Source of the DNA: Candidatus Electronema halotolerans
GTDB taxonomy: Bacteria > Desulfobacterota > Desulfobulbia > Desulfobulbales > Desulfobulbaceae
Direction of reading: 5' to 3'
Length of the DNA stretch: 32,000 bases
Assembly (NCBI GenBank): GCA_942493095.1
Contig: OW818675.1
Location: forward strand, 1,380,001 to 1,412,000
Part shown: positions 31,401 to 32,000 of the stretch, piece after piece
How the letters are laid out: every line of letters starts with the position of its first letter
How positions within the stretch are numbered: position 1 is the stretch's first letter
Notes under the pieces: model-generated
What the model was told of the DNA's origin: nothing
Database searches by the model: none
What the model saw: the letters and a program-made list of their open reading frames with translations, nothing else
Made by a program: the position numbers and the translations under genes

Positions 31401-31409
31401 ATGCCTCAC
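13458..31409 (-). CDS. Hybrid NRPS/PKS megasynthase, 5983 aa, terminal gene of the assembly line
   Basis: Uninterrupted ORF with four C-A-PCP modules, one KS-AT-carrier module and a C-terminal thioesterase. The start codon is GTG (31407-31409), overlapping the upstream TGA. Confidence 0.95.
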   Translation of the reverse strand: MRHLEDFLVDLKRLHIEIWSENGRLRFKAPKGTLNEQLRTELTERKEEILNFLRRKTLFEQPILRLAKEETAPISFAQQRLLFLEQLEEEEAVYNIPAVFDCKGRLDEKLLAASLLALIERHENLRTCFPNLDGQATARVFEAYNPLHVSDLSTLPESEQDRRIHELISEHARLNFDLSSGPLLDLHLLNLSNGRQMLLFNMHHIISDGWSVGVLIREWKEIYNALAAGQEPELPELPIQYSDYAAWQRQWLEQGILSDQLTYWRNQLVGLPELLELPTDFPRPPVMGTEGRHLRSSLHQELTGKIKQISREQGATLFITLLAAFNILLHRWSGQDDLAVGSPIANRTHSQTEGLIGFFVNSLVLRSRIDGRQSFLDLLRQVRRTALEAYDHQDIPFDYLVEQLNPARSMSHAPLFQVMFSLQNTPQEELVLGGAKLTLLKPDYKIAKSDLSLSMTEQDGGLVCDWEYRTDLFRPETIAQMAARFQVLLEGILAAPEQPIADLSLLTAADLQQLTEWNRTETDFPADKTVVDFFETQVANTPENIAVVFADQQLTYNELNCRANQLAHHLMQLGVGPETLVGLCVERSPEMIAAFLGILKAGGACVPLDPEYPQERLHFMIKDSGLKVLVTQSGLLQRLPNFSGQTARLDDPAAVAGQSEENPPRQSGPEHLAYIIYTSGSTGKPKGVLIDHAALSQHLSASLVRYAMHADDRVLQFTSLNFDPSVEQIFTTLCGGARLIGLRSNLLQGEELQRLIATEKVTVADLPPPYWQQFLRQANPAHLASLRLLILGGEALSFELARQSRSFLSDKTTILNAYGPTEATVSSSLFEITTQLEETGRGKVVPIGCPIANTKIYLLDTQLRPVPPGLPGELCLAGPRLARGYLHRPELTAEKFVEIELFGRTERIYRTGDLARWLPDGNLEYLGRLDHQVKLRGFRIELGEIEAMLLQHEAIKEAAVILHESDGSASLAAYLTLLPQQTLFSAEVKEWLRTRLPEQMVPTHCMVLDTLPQTPNGKLDRRALPEPEQQAATSLTKPQTVMEQHIATVWQQVLKIEQVGIHENFFDLGGHSLLLLQVQSQLQKMLQLSLPVVTLFQYPTIHSLAAHLTQNDAKEAEEAEKSNKIQVAAQPSSDEDVAVIGMAGRFPGAKNIDEFWENLRNGVESVSFFSDEELLASGVAPALFNRPDYVRAGGVLDQAEYFDAPFFGYPPKEAELLDPQQRLFLETAWTAVEHTGYDVSRMPFPVGIFAGAGTSTYFLNNLLPNQELLALVGRQQVLMGGDKDFLAARAAYKLDLRGPVLSVHTACSTSLVAVHLARQSLLRNECRMALAGGVTVFFPQKQGYLYQEGMILSPDGHCRAFDAEAQGSVGGAGVAAVVLKRLSHALQDGDTVHAVIKGSAINNDGQGRIGFTAPSVEGQAQVISAAMQGLDYESISCLEAHGTATILGDPIEISALKQAYQAQTSKTGYCALGSVKTNVGHLDTAAGVTGLIKTVLALQHREIPPSLHFKTPNPQIDFADSPFFVNTELRAWEAVEPRRAGVSSFGIGGTNAHVVLEEAPPQQSSASRPLHLLCLSAKTENALRQYRIDLAEFLHNQTEFELADLAYTLHAGRSAFAHRGFIVGRDCRELAEQLGQDKCKQWHRSRTSEQPAQAVFMFPGQGSQHVNMALGLYQQEAKFRAVVDECAELLLPQLHLDIRELIYPSGTEQPDLKGSQAAQPALFVIEYALAQLCMAWGLRPAAMIGHSIGEYVAACIAGVFSLPDALRLVAVRGRLMQSVPAGEMLGILLPADEVRPLLPDDVFIAAQNAPNLTTVSGSAAAVSRFSNELTSRRIMHSRLQTLNAAHSPMMAPMLPQFRAELEKIVRHPPQRPYVSNLTGAWITAEQVLSADYWCEHLLNPVQFSQGLQTLLAEDADILLELGPDMVLTSFAQQHRPLHKNLTALNILRSASSNRDDLDWLLNTLGQLWLKNVPIDWTTFYTDEQRLRIPAPTYPFERQRYWIEPVARQHYESSASGTEQVSSERAASLADARTAATYNRPDSDVDYLAPRTATEQKIAEIWQLLLGIEPIGVFDDFFKLGGNSLLGAQVLSRLREVFAADIPLDILFQHPVLEDLAIRLEAQQGQDAAALPPILPQAADAPLAMSFGQQRLHFLAQLEGESATYNLPGVLHLAGKLNETALRQAFAALIERHESLRLSFPISNDQAAVLRLPAYDPLEIQDISKLSAAEQNRLRKEWIAAHAKEPFNLSTGPLLRLHLLKLHAEEHILLLNMHHIISDAWTIGILIRDWSELYTAFARNRQPVLPDLPIQYTDYAAWQRTWLQGKVLEQQLAYWREKLAAAPELLELPTDYPRPAVTSYQGGHLKSSLDRELTRRIKQFSQEQGATVFMTLLAAFKVLLFRCSGQSDLLVGSPIANRTHHATENLIGFFVNTLVLRTVVDEQETFPQLLRQVKQTALEAYNHQDIPFEYLVEQLNPSRSLSHAPLFQVMFVVQNAPEHKLALDDLQATVLETENRTSKFDLTLSIEEREGCFACDWEYSTDLFRPETIARMSGHLQVLLQGIFAAPQEQLARLPLLTKEEKRQLIEWNDTAAEYQKDKTLSDLFEEQVEKTPENIAVVFADERITYQQLNKKVNQVAHALMERGVRAETLVGICAERSPQMIIGLLGILKAGGAYVPLDPSYPEERLRFMVEDCGAQILLTQTHLHERLPDFAGTRLDLDEPFLFENQPDSNPPRRSKPENLAYVIYTSGSTGKPKGVMIEQGSVTMLLHGFEQLAPARQPLHGMTVGAFSFDVSVWEIFTHLCFGGSLHLLDLQSDISPAELAEHLLAQQINSMYLPPALLEPLANELEQRTAALDWQRLLVGVEPISQGLMQRYRNLAPALHILNGYGPTEATVCAAVHCFAQADEPARRMPIGKPLPGYRIYLLDAQMQLVPPGLPGELCIAGAGLARGYLNRPELTVEKFIEIELFGRTERIYRSGDLARWLPDGNLEYLGRIDHQVKLRGFRIELGEIETALTKHEAVAEAVLVLRENDGNTFLAAYLMAANGAELDAPALRAFLKESLPDWMIPASFTVLDKLPLTPNGKIDRRALPEPAAPQTGAEAVPPRTETEMLLAGLYAAVLKTEVRSIAAHFFELGGHSLLATQLVARIRDSFSVEMPLRALFEHPVLADLAVWLEQQQRGGTLPQIQPLPETVPLRLSPAQERFWFLARLEGPSATYNMPAAVRLRGRLDIAALRQTFVLLTERHQSLRMSFPDRDGQAGLRLIAVYDPLAMSDLTALAAEKQKAALQERLEEHTARPFDLERGPLLRLELVRLNEQEHVLLFNMHHIISDGWSMSILLRESGEIYAALAKGQSPELRSLPVQYADYAAWQRELLAGDLLTRQLAWWEEQLTGAPPLLQLPADHPRPAVQSYQGGHLESRIAPELTQRLHELARQENCTLFMTLLAAFSVLLQRHSSQDDLVIGSPIAGRTLRQTEGLIGLFVNTLPLRIRCQTGITFSTLLGQVRRTALDAYAHQDVPFEHLVERLRPERSLSHSPLFQVMFVFQNNEELGVQLPGLEIEPVAQDFPTAKFDLTLSAEQRGGELVLGWEYASDLFAEATVRRIAECFAVLLDGIVRQPETDIRSLPLLTDTEKQQLVEWNDTAAPLSDALLHTLFLQQAEAGPERLAVVAAGRALTYAELRQEAMLLAGQLRELGAAQNQLVAVVMEKGWEQVVAVLGILLSGAAYLPVDPELPVVRQQYLLEQGDVRLALTQPHLSAQLDWPDTVQPLIVAARTAGGAEEKLPDLQQQPTDLAYVIYTSGSTGLPKGVAIDHRGAVNTILDINRRFGISAADRVLALSALHFDLSVYDIFGLLAVGGTIVMPAPEARRDPSLWAELLTRHSVTVWNSVPALMQMLVEDQHGQPLPAPLRLVMMSGDWIPLDLPERIRQLWPAAELISLGGATEVSIWSIFHSIGAVDPAWTSIPYGRPLTNQTFHVLNEQLAPCPVRTAGRLYIGGIGLAQGYWRDQERTEASFITHPRTGERLYKTGDLGRRLPDGTIEFLGREDNQVKIRGHRIELGEIEAALVRQEAVREAAAVVWEQEGGKLLAAYLTVDAAKTESAALPAVLREALKQILPDWMIPASFTVLDKLPLTANGKIDRKALPRPDFIASGQQAQAPQTETEELLCALWSQALKMDIADVQSNFFEIGGHSLLATQLVSRIRESFGVDLPLRIVFELPVLAEQAAWLGQQQRGQALPTISPLAQDAPLALSFAQQRLWFLTQLEEQNSAYNMPIALRLRGPLDEGALRRASTALIARHESLRLYFPEQAGTAAVQRLALYDPLTIADLSSLPAAEQEEQVQAWIGRHGGTAFELTTGPLFSLHLLRLGAQEQILLFNMHHIISDGWSMGILVRDWGELYCSCLENRKANLPELSIQYTDFAAWQKSWLHGKALHEQLEYWRGKLAGVPELLELPTDYPRPAEISYQGRHLQSALPAELAQAVRLLSREHGATVFMTLLAAFNVLLHRYSGQTDLLVGSPIANRTQRQTEDLIGFFVNTLVLRSQLGPAQTFAELLTQIRQTALEAYSHQDIPFEYLVEQLNPARSLSYSPLFQVMFILQNAPQESLEFSGVTVSFLEPELTTAKFDLTLSIAEQEDGFVCDWEYSTDLFAAETISRMAGHFQTLLREIVKAPEQPYSSFSLLTSAEEQELQTWNQRDFACPQDKTLVELFEAQAVRCPGNIAVAFAEEQLCFAELNQQANQLARHLLALGVGPDTLVGIYVERSLDMLVGLLGILKAGGAYMPLDPDYPQDRLHFMLNDAAVKVLLTQQHLLAHLPEHSAEVICLDSGWPEIALHSADNLSRRSSPEHLSYVIYTSGSTGRPKGVMIEHAALVNFLCYMQQRIGIKENDKVLALTTLSFDIAALELYLPLISGSQCVLIDRETAMNGDLLMEVLEQEQITVMQATPATWKMLLHSGWQQRSPLTILCGGEAMQAELGRKLLANCQRLWNVYGPTETTIWSSMQDVASWPERPELIGQPIGNTQMYILDEHGGLVPPGLPGELCIGGHGLARGYLNRPELTAEKFVEIELFGQRQRIYKTGDLARLLRNGILECLGRIDHQIKLRGFRIELGEIEAALNRHPRVREAAVIANQEQEQLAAYIVPRLTSEADSADQAAQTETIKQWQQVWNDTYSQSADAPVERQRNTIGWNSSYTMQPIPDQEMQEWLDGTVARILSLAPARILEIGCGTGMLLFRLAPFCQQYIGADISSEALAWIETQQQDWDFSDRVMLRQLAADQIDSLQPGSVDLVILNSVIQYFPSIDYLLKVLEKAAAAVASGGSIFIGDVRNFQLLEAFHASVQLFQADDGLAVKELRQRVQASMSRERELLLDPDLFMALQERIPAVSQVRLELKQGLAQNEMTCFRYDVTLHLDAARPALPTAQVQRLDWGKAAVTLEQVSHKLAEQQSEVIEISTIPNARLAEEKKLLEQLAHFDGSVADLRALVQEDAGQFVAPEALRTLTEDTAYTCSLHYGGKFHYTAVFQRKELAARFTPNRPAPLPKPWRSYANNPAADLVDKTEFAVALRDFLHEQLPAYMLPGSFTVLDKLPLTPNGKIDRKALPEPESQRRDKRYQAPRDTVELRLTQIWEELLKVHPVGIKDNFFELGGHSLLAVRLMAQVEQQFKQRIALTTLFHNSSIEEIAKILRRQTELLPWSCLVPIQSSGKKAPLFCVHPAGGNVLCYLELARQLGPEQPFYAFQAFGLEAEQEPCPDIAEMAAQYIEAMQTVQPHGPYQLMGWSFGGLVAFAMAARLEAQGESVTFLGLLDAIAPHIIREILQEPEDDAQFFVDYFAEADAALSLDYLRQLSPDEQLAHVVEQGRKINIFPPDVDLMQTKRLIRVYKSNMSASLRFQAKTCGGRVTLFQAAERRPEDPTLPPEHGWQDYAAQAVEVIQVPGKHHTMVNQPHVQVLATQMQICLERAAGMAAVPETEPAAIT
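13520..14285 (-). other. C-terminal type I thioesterase domain
   Basis: PLFCVHPAGGNVLCY and LMGWSFGGLVAFAMA (GxSxG), with H in PGKHHTMV. Confidence 0.92.
14335..14540 (-). other. Peptidyl carrier domain PCP4
   Basis: DNFFELGGHSLLAVRLM. Confidence 0.9.
14575..17300 (-). other. Adenylation domain A4, predicted glycine, interrupted by a methyltransferase
   Basis: YTSGSTGRPKG; hand-derived code D-I-L-Q-L-G-V-I-W-K, close to the Gly code DILQLGLIWx; NGKIDRKALPEP after the insertion. Confidence 0.82.
15230..15830 (-). other. Embedded SAM-dependent N-methyltransferase domain
   Basis: ARILEIGCGTGMLLFRLAP, VDLVILNSVIQYFPSIDYLLKVLEKA, GGSIFIGDVRNFQLLEAFH, in the usual A8-A9 insertion site. Confidence 0.88.
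17370..18690 (-). other. Condensation domain C4 (ordinary C, not heterocyclisation)
   Basis: SFAQQRLWFLTQLEEQN ... NMHHIISDGWSMG; HHxxxDG rather than DxxxxDxxS. Confidence 0.88.
18710..18915 (-). other. Peptidyl carrier domain PCP3
   Basis: SNFFEIGGHSLLATQLV. Confidence 0.9.
18965..20480 (-). other. Adenylation domain A3, predicted cysteine
   Basis: FDLSVYDIFG, VWNSVPAL, VMMSGDWIPL, LISLGGATEVSIWSI give code D-L-Y-N-M-S-L-I-W-K, one change from the classic Cys code DLYNLSLIWK. Confidence 0.85.
20530..21850 (-). other. Condensation domain C3
   Basis: SPAQERFWFLARLE ... NMHHIISDGWSMS. Confidence 0.88.
21870..22085 (-). other. Peptidyl carrier domain PCP2
   Basis: AHFFELGGHSLLATQLV. Confidence 0.9.
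22135..23640 (-). other. Adenylation domain A2, substrate unassigned
   Basis: YTSGSTGKPKG, YGPTEATV, NGKIDRRALPEP. Hand-derived code D-V-W-Y-L-G-G-V-C-K. Confidence 0.85.
23730..25025 (-). other. Condensation domain C2 (accepts the polyketide intermediate)
   Basis: SFGQQRLHFLAQLE ... NMHHIISDAWTIG. Confidence 0.88.
25065..25275 (-). other. Carrier domain of the PKS module
   Basis: DDFFKLGGNSLLGAQVL. Confidence 0.88.
25545..26455 (-). other. Acyltransferase domain
   Basis: FMFPGQGSQH, IGHSIGEYVAA, then LNAAHSPMM at 25861-25886 where HAFHSPMM is common. Confidence 0.92.
26730..28003 (-). other. Ketosynthase domain
   Basis: VAVIGMAGRFPGA, VHTACSTSLVAVH (active Cys), EAHGTAT, KTNVGHLDTAAG. 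Confidence 0.95.
28100..28315 (-). other. Peptidyl carrier domain PCP1
   Basis: NFFDLGGHSLLLLQV. Confidence 0.9.
28335..29850 (-). other. Adenylation domain A1, substrate unassigned
   Basis: YTSGSTGKPKG, YGPTEATV, NGKLDRRALPEPE. Hand-derived code D-P-E-D-I-G-A-V-S-K. Confidence 0.85.
29900..31205 (-). other. Condensation domain C1
   Basis: SFAQQRLLFLEQLEEE ... NMHHIISDGWSVG. Confidence 0.9.
31226..31409 (-). other. N-terminal TubC-type docking domain
   Basis: LEDFLVDLKRLHIEIWSENGRLRFKAPKGTLNEQLRTELTERKEEILNFLRR pattern. Confidence 0.75.
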
Positions 31410-32000
31410 AGCTCACCTTCCTCCATTTCAGCGACTGCATCGCTTTCTTCAGCAACGGCAAGCAGCCGGGCCAGTTCGCTCACTGTGGGCAGGGCGAAAA
31501 GCTGCCGCAGGGACAGCTCTGCGGCAAAGGCGGTGCGGATGCGCGAGACCAATTGCGTGGCTAAGAGCGAATGGCCGCCGAGATCAAAGAAGTTGTCATG
31601 CACGCCAATCTGCTCTGGCCGCCGCCGGAGCACTTCGGCCCATATCTCGGTCATGCGCTGTTCCTCGTCTGTGCGGGGCGCAACCCGGCTGGGCTGTTCT
31701 GCGGCTTCCACTGACAGGTCTGCCAGCGCACGGTGGTCGAGCTTGCCGTTGCTGGTCAGAGGCAGGGTATCGAGCAGAAGGAAGCCCGCAGGCACCATGT
31801 AATCTGGCAGGCGGCTTCTGAGCTGGCTGCGCAAAACTTCAATCAGGTCAGCAGGCGCCTCTTCGGTCGGGACAATGTACGCCAGTAAACAGGCATTGCC
31901 GTTCTTGTCATCAAGCAGCACCACTGCCTCTCGCACTGCCTCGTGCTCATGCAGAACCGTCTCGATTTCGCCCAGCTCAATGCGGAAGCCGCGCAGCTTG
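31406..32000 (-). CDS. C-terminal end of an upstream NRPS protein (A domain end plus PCP), partial
   Basis: Continuous frame from KLRGFRIELGEIE at the window edge through SNGKLDHRALA and DNFFDLGGHSLLATQLVSRI, ending ...EMEEGEL. Confidence 0.92.
   Translation of the reverse strand, partial: KLRGFRIELGEIETVLHEHEAVREAVVLLDDKNGNACLLAYIVPTEEAPADLIEVLRSQLRSRLPDYMVPAGFLLLDTLPLTSNGKLDHRALADLSVEAAEQPSRVAPRTDEEQRMTEIWAEVLRRRPEQIGVHDNFFDLGGHSLLATQLVSRIRTAFAAELSLRQLFALPTVSELARLLAVAEESDAVAEMEEGEL

Noticed and set aside
13458-31409. Repeated DNA at module scale as a mobile or CRISPR-like repeat
   Set aside because: The recurring blocks are homologous C, A and PCP domain cores in frame, explained by modular NRPS structure.

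Overview
The window holds the 3' end of a hybrid NRPS/PKS biosynthetic locus on the minus strand (about 10.0-32.0 kb, running off the right edge) beside ordinary chromosomal genes (0-10 kb). One 5983-aa megasynthase (13458-31409, -) reads as TubC-type docking domain - C-A-PCP - KS-AT-carrier - C-A-PCP - C-A(Cys-like code)-PCP - C-A(Gly-like code, embedded N-methyltransferase)-PCP - TE. It is preceded by the end of another NRPS gene, overlapping as GTGA. It is followed by four compact same-strand genes: 3-hydroxyacyl-CoA dehydrogenase, free-standing ACP, acyl-CoA dehydrogenase and FkbH-like HAD protein. These match the known hydroxymalonyl/methoxymalonyl-ACP extender pathway (FkbH/I/J/K type). 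No FkbG-like O-methyltransferase is visible, so hydroxymalonyl-ACP is the simplest inference. The PKS module has no KR/DH/ER and its AT has an unusual 'NAAHS' in place of the common 'HAFHS'. Flanking genes include prmA, two PII/Amt pairs in mirrored order (one behind a perfect sigma-54 -24/-12 element), hemE, an HD-domain protein, an MBL-fold hydrolase, AT-rich hypothetical genes, and a decayed TnpB-like C-terminal fragment. I saw no tRNA, rRNA or CRISPR array. All assignments come from reading motifs by eye. No database search was run, and domain boundaries are approximate.
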